Assembly (NCBI GenBank): GCA_973895155.1 | Contig: OZ316894.1 | Coordinates: 3,026,031-3,090,030, forward strand | Origin: Marsupella aquatica | Taxonomy: Eukaryota; Plantae; Marchantiophyta | Length of the DNA: 64,000 bases | Direction: 5' to 3' | Shown: piece after piece, positions 52,121 through 64,000 of the stretch | How positions within the stretch are numbered: the first letter of the stretch is position 1 | Layout: the number at the start of each line of letters is the position of its first letter | The notes under the pieces: generated by a model | What the model saw: the letters and a program-made list of their open reading frames with translations, nothing else | Database searches by the model: none | What the model was told of the DNA's origin: nothing | Position numbers and translations under genes: made by a program

Positions 52121-53189
52121 TGACATAAAAATCTAACATAATGTATTTGTCAGCTGATCTCTCTCAATCTTTCTATATACAATATTTACCCTTGCTTCAA
52201 TGTACAATTGGTTCTGTCCAAGAGTCAATTTGGTTTAGTAGAAGGCATCCTATTCTTTCTTCTCATTTTACAAAAAATTTGCATGTTTTTCACCTTTTCT
52301 AAGGCCAAATACATATCAAATCATTTGGCTAAATCTACAACTATAATAAGGAATCCCGCCTATATTTACCCTTTTGTCCTTCATCCCCGTACAAAAAAGC
52401 TCATGGGCAGGAAAGTCCCACAGCTGTTGGATTTGATTAGCTGTTTTTGTTGACCATTGATGATAAAAATGTACACCCCTATCACATATTTGCTTCCCGC
52501 TGCCCCGTAATGCCCCGGCCAATCCCTATGGGCCCGCCCTCCTTGCACAGTGCAAAGCACTGGTATAGGGCTCGTGATAACTATAATAGGTGCAAAACAA
52601 TTTATAAGTGCATTTTGTACTCAAACTAAGAAAGATGGTACACTTATCAGTAAGCACATAATCCAATGAGATTGCATTTACTGATAAGTGCACACCCTTT
52701 TTTAGTAAAGGAAAATTTGGACTTATGGATATCAAATTTAGGGCAAGTATTCATATTTTGTGTAATGAGTCACATGGCTGCTCACTTGTGGAGATGTCAT
52801 TTATTACTATGTGAAAATTTTAGGGGATGTGCACTTATCAAGTAATGGAAAAAACAAATTAGTGCAATTGGATAGTGAGAGTGTCACTTATCTACAATTT
52901 ACTTTAGTGTATTTGCATGTGCTATACAATGAACTCAATCTGGACTCACCCTTTCACTTGGTACTTGCTCCAAGGAAACAAGTACAATTAAAAAATGGAT
53001 ATATTTTTGAATGAAATGGCAACACATTGAGGGCAATAACTAAAGCTTCATCATGTTTCTTCACATTCTAAAGGTTTACAAGGAATTAAAAAATGAAAAA
53101 TGCAAAGACAAAAATCATTCTTAACTGGTGATAGTTTGTGGTTGTTGTTACTCATTTTCTGTGCCCTTTTTGTGCAACAGTTTTTTTTT

Positions 53190-53800
53190 TCTTAAGAACA
53201 TCTTATGTGAGACCACATCTTTTTTTCTTAATAGCATCTTGGGTGACAGAATATCTTTTTTCTTAAATTACAACAGCTTGGGCGACAAAATGTCTGTTTT
53301 TCTTAATGACATCTTAGATGACAAGACATCTTTTTTCTTAATAACATCTTGGGCAAAAGAACATAATATTATGTTTTTCTTAACAACATCTTTTTCTTCA
53401 TGACATCTATTGTGCAACACACGGGTATTTTCTTCATGATATCTTTTGTTCTCAACAACTTGGCCGACTCTACATAGTTTGTTATCACCGTCATCTTGGC
53501 CGACACAACATTTTCCTTCTCAACAACCTCTTGGCCGACCCGATATCTTCCTTCTCAATGACCTCTCGACCAACACGATATCTTTTGTTATCACCGGCAT
53601 CTTGGCCAACACGACATCTTTTGTTCTCAACAACATCTTGGGCGACACGACATCTTTCTTCTCAACGATCTCTTGGCCAACACAACATCTTTCTTCTCAA
53701 CAAACTCTTGGCCGACACTATCTCTTTTGTTCTCAAGTACATCTTGGTTGCCATGACATCTTTTGTGCGAAATATTGAGCTAGTTCTCAAAGAAATTAAT
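53190..53800 (-). repeat. degenerate short-unit array (acatcttttt / caacatcttggccgac)
   Basis: Recurrent ~30-35 bp units; reverse-complement relative of 19930-20400. Confidence 0.65.
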
Positions 53801-55285
53801 GAACCACAGGCTAAATAAATGTTGTGAATCCAATGTTGCAATGATGTTTTGGCCACCGTACTAGTCCCATGCAAATTTTAAAAAGGTATAGTATCTATAT
53901 CGAATACCCCATGAATATACTGTCAACGCTTCCCCGGAAAGGACTACAGTGCACCTAACCCTCTTCTGATTGGATTACCGAGTTCCATTATCCAATGGCA
54001 TTGCAAGGGATGAGGATAGTTCCAGGGCCGAATCATTTTGGCGTACTGTCGTATGGCAGTTTAGAGCAGCACCTGCCTTTGTGGGCCCTGGAAGAGTCTG
54101 AAGTAGAGGACAGTGATAGTGTACCTTTCTAAAGTTAAAGGTCGTCAACAACCCTCGAAATTGGCCTATTCTTAGGGCTGCAGTGTCAGGGCAGTGTATA
54201 TCCTATTTTGACTGTACCTATTGTCTGAAACCAGCTGTTCCCTGGACGGTACCATGACCCGACGGCTGAGGCCAAACATGTGCATTTCATGGAAAACATG
54301 ACCATCACTAACTTGGAAGTCAGTAACTTGGAAGTCAGTGCACGAGAGTCCGCACAAGAAAATTACTATGTGCAAAACCGTGGGCCCCTTCAAGAATTGT
54401 TGCACCCATTCAAAACTCCATCCAAGGGCTAGGGCACATGCTGAAACCCATCTCCAACTGAATACCCCCTCGATTGAGCTAAGACCAAAGAACTGGGGTT
54501 TCAGCTAGGGTCACAGATGGAAATTTCCCGGTTCAGCTGACTAAAGAAACCAAGTCAAATTCACAAGTGACTGAGGGATGAGTCATTAAATTCGTGAAAG
54601 TCCTGCTCATTCAAGCATAGCCCAATATGACTGGTTAGGGCCTAGGGCCTAGGGCCAGGTTGGCCTTCATTGGAGGTTGAGAGCCCCTAGTTGAGTTTAT
54701 CTTTATCTTCCTCTGGATTTCTTGGCTCACGATCCTACTCCCGAGCTTTAGTAGGCTTGTCAGTGTTCTGCCCAATAGGGCGCTCCTTTTTGCCTCGGTA
54801 GTCTTCTTGCATGGGGTAGTTCTTAGTTTCCACCTTTATTGGGTTTCGTGGTTTTGGGAATAGTCCTTCCTTGGTTTACTTTGCTACTTGGTGTGGTTTA
54901 ATGAGTCATTTTTGTGCTTGTTGTGCTTGTTGTGGGGGTTGTTGGGGACTCACTAGCCATTTTGTCTTTGGTCTTTGGGTAGTTCCCCTTTCCCAAGTGT
55001 AAGTTGGTGCTCGTGCCTGTACTAAGGACGTTCTTCACTTCAAGTACTGAGGACTCTCTTCACTTCAAGTACTGAGGAAGTTCTTCACAAAAGTGAAGCG
55101 CCCTTTGGCAGTTAGTTCATAATATTTGTTCATCTTAGCACGCAATGCACCAAATGGTTTCAGAAAAAAATGAGACTCTGTCTAAGGAATAGATTGGACA
55201 TCTGAGAACATGTTGGAAAATTTTGAGGTGTAGCATAGATTCAAAAGTTGTTTAAATAAATGCACAAGTTTGTTGCAAACTAACA

Positions 55286-55412
55286 TTTCATAGTTGGTCA
55301 AGACACCTGGAAAAATCATCCTGGGCATCTTTCTTAAGATAGGGGTCTATTTCATAGTTGGTCAAGACAGCTGGAAAAACTATTCGGGGCATCTTTCTTA
55401 AGATAGGGGTCC
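55286..55412. repeat. ~63 bp tandem duplication
   Basis: 'tttcatagttggtcaagaca.ctggaaaa...gggcatctttcttaagataggggtc' occurs twice. Confidence 0.85.
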
Positions 55413-55607
55413 TGACAATGTGGGTTGGGTATAAAGTGAAAGTAAAGTAGCGTGTCTTTTAGTGTATCCTGCTAAACAGGATTTCAATCTTAATTAAGAG
55501 AATATTTAAAATCATTCACATTAAAGCAAATAAACTAGCTTTGGGTGACTGTGCCCTCTTGTCACTGGTCACGGTCTTCCAAAGTGTGGGCCCACTTATC
55601 CCACATG

Positions 55608-55948
55608 TGTTAGATATTGTTCTAGTCTTGTGATTCATGAGCTAACCACAGTTAGTCTAACTCGGGTAACTAGGACTTAGCTAAGGTTAACGGTAGTGCT
55701 GTTGTGCATATAGCTAGGGCTGATGCGAGACCCTGGTGGAACTTAGGCTCATTGTTTTGAGAGATAAGGAGAGCTTGTGCTGTGGATGTTTGGTATGGCC
55801 GGTCGGCCTAGAGTGCAGTAAAGCTTTTGTGTGTTCCCGTGGACGTAGTCTCATGTGGAGGTGAACCACGTATCTCTCTGTGTCGACTATTGTGCGTTGG
55901 ATGGTTCATGGGCTTGCCGTTACGAATGTCATAGACCTATGCTCAACA
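55608..55948 (+). mobile_element. solo LTR (341 bp), copia-type
   Basis: TGTT...AACA termini with a perfect 5 bp TSD ACATG (55603-55607 and 55949-55953). The internal CCCGTGGACGTAG..GAACCACGT motif is common in copia LTRs. Confidence 0.85.
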
Positions 55949-56241
55949 ACATGCCCTTTTCTAGTATAACTTGTTTAGTGTGGGACGTTCATGTTTCTCT
56001 CATAATGACTTTAGTTCCGAATAAGTAAATCACTCAAAACCATAAACTGAGGAACAACACTATGACTAGTTGTTAGAAGGGGAGGGGTTGGCTCTTAATG
56101 TACATACTTGTTTCTCACATTCCTTGGCTCCCTCACTCTCTTAGGGATAGGTTAGGATTTAGGTCTCCTTAGTGTATGAGATGTTACTTATTTGATATAT
56201 TAATTTTTTTTTTTTTACAAACATCTTGAATATAAGGATAA

Positions 56242-57487
56242 AATTAGTTAGTGGACCCCATGGCTACATTTTCTAGGCCTTGTTTGAGCTTGCATTTCGA
56301 GAGGCTAATATGGTCCATAATGCTCTGCTAGTACACATTAAAACAGTTAAGATCTATGAGATATTTTCACTAATTTTAGAACATTAATTAATAAACCCAA
56401 GGCACAATTTTGTTTACGTTAGTTGATTTGAGCATTGGATGACACTATATTTGATCACTAAATTGCCCTAGGCACTCAATTTGAGTTGAGAAGACTACTT
56501 TCTCCAGATCAATTGAGAAATCTGCTTTTCTAAGCAAGGAACCCTAAGCTTTCTAGTAACTGAGTCCTCTTTGTAGAATATTTGTCACCTGATTTGTCTA
56601 TGTACTTTCAAATTATTGGAAATTCTGGAGATTTCACTGAAGTCTAAATTTGGCAAGTTTTGAATTAGAGGTTAATAGCCTCATGACCTTGATGCAACTA
56701 TTCACCAAATGGAAAAGGGCAGCGCTTAAGCTTTCAAATGAGAGAAGTCTTATTAAGAAGAGAAGTTGGTAGTCATGTTGTGTTGGACAAATAGGTTAGA
56801 TTTTACAGCTTGTATTGTTTAGATTAGATTTTCTCACGAAATCAATTGTGGACCCATTCAGCCATGCCTGAGCAGTTGACATTTTTTCAATTGCCACATG
56901 AATATTTTGCTTGCAGGCCAAAGTAGACATCATGGTTATCACAAGTAATTGTCAAAATCAGGCTTTTTTGCTACATGCAACCAAATTCTCAAGCTACAAG
57001 AGTCAATAGTCAATCCGTGGCAAGTCCATTTGAAACCAGATCAATGTCTGATCAAATGAATTGAATCAATTCATTGAGTTCAAGTTCCGACCATAGCTGG
57101 CAGTTTGCCTGAATTGCAAAAAGCTGAAAATCTTACTCCATGTGCCAATTATCCTTTAACAAGGAAGTTATCAAGTTAGTTATTAGTCATTGTTTATTAT
57201 TTGAAAAACACTTTTTAAATCTTTGAATTTAAAATTTAAAATTAGATTCGTAACTAAAATGGTTACATAGTGACAGTTGTACCGGTCTTGCTCTTTGCAT
57301 TTCTAAATTTTTACATTTCTCTTTATGGCATGGTGTCCCAAAATTTACACCCAAATTGAGCAAACACGAATGAAAACTGTAAGTTGATTCATAAAACTGA
57401 TGAGTCTTGTTTGTTGTGGTTGTTGTTGACATGACACGCTTTGGTGCCAAGAATTTTGGAAGGGATCTCTCATGGGGTCCGTAAATA
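56242..57487 (-). mobile_element. non-autonomous dispersed element (~1.25 kb), copy 2, inverted relative to 16290-17589
   Basis: Reverse complement aligns along its whole length to 16290-17589. Ends are tagttagtGGACCCCATG ... CATGGGGTCCgtaaata. Confidence 0.78.
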
Positions 57488-57779
57488 ACCTATTCTAACA
57501 AAGGGTTGGTAGCCAGGATTGAAAAATACATAAACACTTACAGAGGCTGGCTGGCCGTCTGGAACAAGGAAATTAAAAGACCAACTAAGAGTCAGAGAAA
57601 AAACAATTTCAAAGGCCAATAATATAAAAGATGCACCTTGTCTAAGGCAAACTGAAATTAAAATACATATAAAAAATCTTGATGAGACAAAGTAACTTGA
57701 GTAGCTAGGCTCCTAAAAATCTTGATAACACAAAGTAACCTGAGAAGGCTCCTGAACAAGAAGGTACAAGCCTTCATCC

Positions 57780-59330
57780 CAACTCTTCTTTGGCTGCTCT
57801 CTCTGCTGCTAGATCCGCATATACCTGTTCAGCTATGTATGCAATGAACAACCCCATCTCATTCCTCGCGTTTTACTATGATAGACCTTGGGTCATTCCG
57901 GAAGCCTTCCCTCACCTGATTTACACAGGACGAACGGTCTAGCGTAATCAAGTAAAATAGCACGAGAGAATATATGTTCCCAAAGTATATATTTGTGGCA
58001 AGGCAACATCACATCCAGATACCGGACACCAAGTCTAGTATTTATGACAATTTCAGAAACTGTTGTGTGTACCTTAGCGGGTGATGATGTTGAAAATCAG
58101 TTCTCTCTGCTAGCATTGCTCTGAAACCTCGATCCGATAGCTCCTTCATGGTTTTATCTTCCCTCTCGTCCTCTGCTTTCCTCAATGGCAGGACTCTGCA
58201 TTCAATGCAGAGAAGAAATGAGCATGTACAACTGACCCTACAGAAAGACTTATGTAACGTGCGATTCGCTCTTGAACAGTGTAGATACTAAGACCTTGTT
58301 AGCATCGTATCAGTGAAGTGTAGTCAGAAAACTTTGGATATAACCAGAATTTGCTTAGAAGTTCGAGTCAGGACTCAATCAATCCAATAAATACAGAACT
58401 GGCTGAGCGCTTTGAAGCGAAATCTTGTGGAGATCCGCATGGCTGTTGTCCAGTACTTGACCAACAGTCCACAGGATACTTTGCAAGACACGGAATGCAT
58501 AGTGAACCTTTACTGTCACTATCCTCCGAACCAAACACTACGCGAATCGCAAAAACAATCCCAGCATTGTTTTCACATTGATTTCAGGCAAGCACTAAAG
58601 TAATCTAGTGTGAAGTGTCGATACTCCATATGACTGAGTCATCTGGAGACCATAGGCTTGAGATACATTATGAGCAGGAGAGGTCCATCCAGAAACTGCA
58701 CTCATAGGAAAGGTCATGGAATGTGTCAGTGGTATGCGAGTGGTGAGCTGCTGGCAGGAGGGTAGGTTAAGCAAGGAACTATAGCTGTAGACAATTATGC
58801 CTTGGACTACCGCAAAAGTGAAACAGGGTTCATCACCTTGGTATCCGAAAAATGTCGTATCAACCAAATGATCGAACATTAAGCAACCTTCACAACCATG
58901 GTTGTTCATTCATCATTTAAAAAAAAAAAACTTCTTCACTGTTGATTCACGTGTCAGCTAACCAAGTCATCAGCCTTCTTCTAAGTATAGATTCCAACCT
59001 AGACTTTGCGGAAAGCCATGAAAAATGATGTATTCAAATCTGGGTCCAGCTTTATCAGTTGCTCAAAGCTATCGGGCTTGATTTCTCTTTAAGGGAACTT
59101 AACGACGCCTCAAAACGAAAGAACCTTCCTATGAGAGGCATAACTCATTCCTTCTATCTGCCCATACCAGAGCTCTCATGTCCTGGTTGTCAAGTTCAAG
59201 CGCCCAGGCATACCTTTCATTCAAAAGTACATGCATCCTGGTCCTTGCGATCCAGAGCCTCAAATCGAGAATCTTGTCCCCACGTCCTTGAAAAACGCTC
59301 GTACGTACGTTGTGTGGAAAGAAATATCGT
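57780..59330 (-). pseudogene. PRP40C/TCERG1-like FF-domain pseudogene fragment, copy A
   Basis: Exon remnants ~59213-59330 (YERFSRTWGQDSRFEALDRKD..), ~58073-58196 (VLPLRKAEDE..) and ~57780-57915 (VREGFRNDPRSIIVKREE*), with stops and frameshifts. Confidence 0.75.
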
Positions 59331-60147
59331 GCAACGCGTTACAACACTACTGCATTCAATAGATCAGATGGTTTCCACTGGTTAGTCTAAATGCAAATCT
59401 ATCGCACCAGCAAATGTAGTTTGCAGAGGGCAGTCCAGAGATTTTGAACGGGAACGTGCAACCGATCCCCTTAAAGACGAGGGATCTAAATTAGACTAAG
59501 GGGGGCGAGAAAAATTCAAATACACTCGTAAAATAGATGCATATTGTCTAGGGCACATTGAAACAAAACACACAACAAACCTACCTCAGTAGGACAGAAT
59601 AGCCTGGAGTCTCTAGAAGAACAAGGTAGCATGTTCATCTTAATGGACGTTGTCAAGTGCTTTATCTTTAAGTAAATTTTGACTAACCTGCATAATGTAT
59701 TAAACTGGCATTTGCATTCAAGTGCCCCGGGATGACATTATGGCAAAGAGGTGTGGCATGCCATCGCAGACTGAGACGGGTACAAGGCAATTATTAAAGT
59801 AACCTCCAAGAGCCAACTATTAAATCCATGGCATGTGTGTATCATTTCTAGAACATCATATGTAGCATTAGGTGGGGCCCTTGGGGAAGGAGCTAGTAAG
59901 GACTTCATGTATGGCATAGGCACATATATATATACTCAGTGTACCTCTAAACCACAACGTTTTTTTACTTATTCGACCACAACATGCATGCAGAATTTTG
60001 TCTAGCCACCCAAACATGCACATTCCTTCCCAGTGGACGTTTGGGCCCACTCTCTCCAACAATGTTCTTGTGAAAATGTTCACCACATAACTGAGTAGCC
60101 ATAGAATATAGTGGTTGGCCTTGGGTAATAACGTCGAGAGCACCTAT

Positions 60148-60405
60148 GCAATGCATGGATCACACAAGCACCCTGATGCCTGGCCACACTCAAGCACAAG
60201 GCTTCCTAGTCTGGTTAAATACAATATGGGAATTGTATTAAAACTACAAATAAATTAAAAAGCATGCTGCATGAATCACACAAGCAATGCATGGATCACA
60301 CAAGCACCCTGATGCCTGGCCACACTGAAGCACAAGGCTCCCTAGTCTGGTTAATACAACATGGAAATTGTATTAAAACCACAAATAATAAATTAAAAAG
60401 CATGC
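60148..60405. repeat. ~137 bp tandem duplication
   Basis: 'gcaatgcatggatcacacaagcaccctgatgcctggccacact.aagcacaaggc...aaattaaaaagcatgc' occurs twice. Confidence 0.9.
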
Positions 60406-60726
60406 AGCAATCAAAGCACGCCAGTGCCGTTGTGCCCTGGCCTCTTGGCTTTTTAGAATACATTGTGGCTCTAGTATTCAAGATTGTGATGTTTCCACAT
60501 GTTGTATGCACAGTTCATACTTAGAAAAAACAAACAATATATACAAATGATCTGGCAATGTATTACTTTTTTACTGAAGAAGAAAGTGTGGGGGAATGTA
60601 TTAGTTAATTATTTAAGGACAAATTGTGCGTCAAAGGCCCTACGGGAGTACACCTGGTGTCTTCTGAGATGTACAAAATTGAACAACTCTTTGATTACAA
60701 GGGTTAAGTATCAGTAACCCACGAGA

Positions 60727-60846
60727 CTTCCTAGGCGCACTAAAATTACCACTCCAAGACACCAAACTAATTCTCTAGGACTCATAACTTTCCTAGGCGC
60801 ACTAAAATTAGCACTCCAAGGCACCAAACTAATTCTCTAGGACTCA
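60727..60846. repeat. ~61 bp tandem duplication
   Basis: 'acttcctaggcgcactaaaatta.cactccaag.caccaaactaattctctaggactca' occurs twice. Confidence 0.88.
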
Positions 60847-61199
60847 GCATAACTTCCGTTCTCGGCATAGATTGAATACCAACCATTCTATCTACCTTCA
60901 ATTTCAAGGGAAAAAAAAACAGGACTTTGGTAACCCATATTCATCATCATTGCACGGTGGCCACTGGGACCAGGAATGTTATCAATTTGTTATGAGAAGA
61001 GGCTTTTACATGAAATTTACATATGGAACATCAATCAGGAAGAGTGAAAATGAACTGCGAAGACTTTATCTTCTGCCGACATTTAGTTTGGCTCGAGATG
61101 ACCGCCTGCTGGACTCCAAAGAGGCTCCAGCTTTTGCTCTGCTTCCAGCTATGCGTTTATCTGCTTTAAAGGTGGCTAGCTGCTGAGGCTGCTACTGTC

Positions 61200-62759
61200 A
61201 TTTTGCGTTGAATACCTGCGCCACCAAGACTCACGATCTCGCCGTGGCATTTTTGCGTACTGTGGATCGACCTTAAGAAGGATTTTAGCCTCCGACCAAG
61301 ACGTCAAAATCAGCTTCCACTCTTCACCGGTTCTTAGACGCTGCTCGAGGGTTATTACACCTGCAAGTAATCCTCTATACCCTCAAACGCAACGCTGCAA
61401 AACACTATATCTCGGTTCAGTGTCCTAGTTTGCGAAATATGGACCAACTCACAGACGTCAAGACAACTCTGGGAAACCACCCTTTGATCCAAAGAGTTCT
61501 TAGACGCTGCTCGAGGGTTATTACACCTGCAAGTAATCCTCTATACCCTCAAACGCAACGCTGCAAAACAACGTATCTCGGTTCAGTGTCCAAGTTTGCG
61601 AAATATGGACCAACTCACAGACGTCAAGACAACACTGGGAAACCACCCTTTGATCCAAAGAGTTCTTTCGATCCTATTTTGTTTTTAACGGCGAGATAGA
61701 CGAGAGATAGACAGGCACAATGTCTTCAGGTCAAGTCTTGGGTATAAATCAGCTATTTATCCTGGACAGAGTACGTTCAGATATAGACCTCAACAAGCTA
61801 ATTTATATGTTCACGGAAAAACCTTTCACGATCGCCAGGTTGAAGTTCAGGATTGGTGGCACGACCAAAAGGGTCCTTTCCCAACTTTGGCTGTGCTTCA
61901 GTCCAGGCAGCTTGCAAGAACATGATTCAGTTAGAATTTTCACATCCTAAGAAAAGCTCCTCCAGGCACGAATAGCTTCAAAAAAGGTAATGGGTTAGTC
62001 AAACCTACTCTGGATCTTTGATTTTTTCTGTCAAGAGTGCTTGATAGGCAGTGACAGCATCCTTGCGCCTGGTTTTATTCTAACCCTCTCCATGTCTAGT
62101 TCCTCCCTCTCCTTCCGTTTCGGCATTTCCCGTTCTCTCTCCTTCAGCTTTTCCTGCGGATATGCCAGAAGAGAAGTTCACAACTTGAGTATAGACTTGT
62201 ATGGGGCATCAAGCTTGCGCTACCATTTAACACGTATGACAAATCCACTCACATCCAGTCGTGCGGAGAATATGAACGATTTCTCTTCATGTAAAACAAA
62301 ATCACAGCCCTTGAGGGCAAGAGTACCTCTGCATCTCTCTTTGCCTTGGCTGCCCTCTCTGCTGCTTTTGTTCCACAGATACCAGTTCAGCTATGTATGC
62401 ATTGAACAACCCTTCTCGTTCCTCGCGTTTTAGTATGATATACCTTGGATCATTCCGGAAGCCTTCGCTCACCTGACATACACACGGACAACGGTCTAGC
62501 GTACGTAATCAGCAAAAAAATAGCACGGGAGAATATATGTTCCAAAAGTATATATTTGTTGCAACGAAACATGACATCCAGATACTGGACACCAAGTCAG
62601 GGATTCATAACAACGCCAGAAGCTGTTGAGTGTACCTTAGACCATCGGGTGGCGATGTTGATATCAGTTCTCTCCGCTAGCATTGCTCTAAAACCTCCGA
62701 CAGCTGCTTCATGCTCCGATCTTACCTTCTCGTCCTCTGCTTTCCTCAGTGGCAGAACT
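61200..62759 (-). pseudogene. PRP40C/TCERG1-like FF-domain pseudogene, C-terminal exons, copy B
   Basis: Exons 62636-62759 (VLPLRKAEDEK..FRAMLAERTDINIATRWSK), 62327-62472 (VSEGFRNDPRYIILKREEREGLFNAYIAEL), ~62009-62153 (EKLKERERE..YQALLTEKIKDP), ~61788-61911 (AAWTEAQPKLGKDPFGRATNP), ~61200-61395 (RCV*GYRGLLA..TSWSEAK..DPQYAKMPRRDRESWWRRY). Same order as plant PRP40C. Frameshifts, stops and one lost acceptor AG. Confidence 0.82.
61331..61665. repeat. ~166 bp tandem duplication covering a splice acceptor of the PRP40C pseudogene
   Basis: 'ttcttagacgctgctcgagggttattacacctgcaagtaatcc...ccctttgatccaaagag' occurs twice. Confidence 0.9.
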
Positions 62760-64000
62760 CTGCATTTAATGCAAAGAAGAAATCAGGAGATGCAGCTGAC
62801 CCGGCAGAAAGAGTAATCTTATGTGCAGTTCGCTCTTGGACAGTGTAGATAAATAAGACCTTGCTAGTAACGTATTAGTGAAGTGTAACTAGGAAACTCC
62901 GGAGTACAACAAGAATTTGCTTAGAAGGGACAACACTCAATCCATCCAAGAAATACAGAACTGGCTGAGCGCTATTAAGGGAAATCTTGTGGAGATCTGC
63001 ATGCATGGCTGTTAGCCAGTACTTTACCAACAGTCCACAGGATACTTTGCAAAACATGGAATGCATAGTTAACCTTCAGTGTCACTATCTCCGAGCCAAA
63101 TACTACGAGAATCGCAAAAACAATGCCAACATTGGTTTTACAATGATTTTAGGCAAGCACTAAAGTAATCTAGGACCAAGTGCTGATACTGCATATGACG
63201 GAGTCATCTGGCGACCATAGACTCCAGATACATTATAAGCATCTACGTTATAACCCTACCCTAATTGCATGCGGTGCCTCCTTAGTAAGAAGTCACTGCG
63301 ACACATTGCGGTTACGAAGGGCTGACTACAAACATCGCATGGTATGAACGCAAGTAAGATTGATTTCGTCCTCAGATGAATGACATGAATTATCATGATG
63401 GTCTTGCATATTTGCAAGCTCCGTCTTGCTAATGGTTGTTGGCAGGATAGATGAGTTTTTCAGAAGCCCTGAACCCTACTTGCAACACAAAACAGGAAAA
63501 ACGCTGTACAGAACCGAACACTACGACTGACACCGGAGTTTTATCTTCTAATGGGTCTGGGAGCGGTTGCTTGAAAATTTTGGGTCCAGAGTCGGAGAAT
63601 ATGAATTTCCAAAATCATGTTCACAGAAGCTCCCAAAACTTTATAAAATCATTTCATACCTTGCATTACAGGCCACATTCGGGCCAAGAGAGTTAATTTT
63701 GTATGAGGAAAGAATCCATCCAGACACAGAAAAGTCCCCCGTCCTTCTCGGCAAAGAGGAGCTAAAAGATATACGGACAGGAATCAAATCAACAATCAAT
63801 CAGCTTCCACCAAGTCGCGGAGCGCGCCTCACTTCACAGAGCTCAAAATTCACGCAATTCAGTTCCATTTTCTGGTGCTCTACGGTCACGATCAACGACG
63901 CACTAGAAGCTTGAACGCTGGACATTTATCCACATTCCTCGACTCCCAAGTAGCAATTCACAGTATTCAACATTAAGGAATAAATGATCCGCCAACGAAT

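Noticed and set aside
16290-57487. Single giant transposon with 1.3 kb TIRs
   Set aside because: No transposase inside, no TSD at the outer ends, each copy has its own inverted termini, and the cargo is ordinary housekeeping genes. Kept only as a rearrangement hypothesis.

Overview
Eukaryotic land-plant nuclear DNA, most likely a liverwort or other bryophyte. The evidence is spliceosomal GT-AG genes, telo-boxes, and a plastid insert whose rps19/rpl2 peptides look like those I recall from Marchantia. Apparently intact multi-exon genes: MLH1 (3' end runs off the window), RPL29/eL29, an AN11/TTG1/LWD-type WD40 gene, MenG and a secreted thaumatin-like protein; SDHAF4 is single-exon. Decayed or mobile material: a Bianca-like Ty1/copia relic truncated by a mosaic plastid insertion (rpl2 group II intron end, rpl2 exon 2, rps19 start and an unidentified AT-rich piece); two inverted copies of a ~1.3 kb non-autonomous element 40 kb apart; two tRNA-derived SINEs with target-site duplications; a solo LTR with TSD; two tandem PRP40C (FF-domain) pseudogene fragments; and many local tandem duplications. 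I found no CRISPR array or other clearly new system. The best leads are signs of thaumatin gene mobilisation (inverted palindrome arrays around the gene, plus a relic of its promoter and exon 1 just behind SDHAF4) and the chimeric copia/plastid junction. All homology calls come from motif recognition, not database searches.
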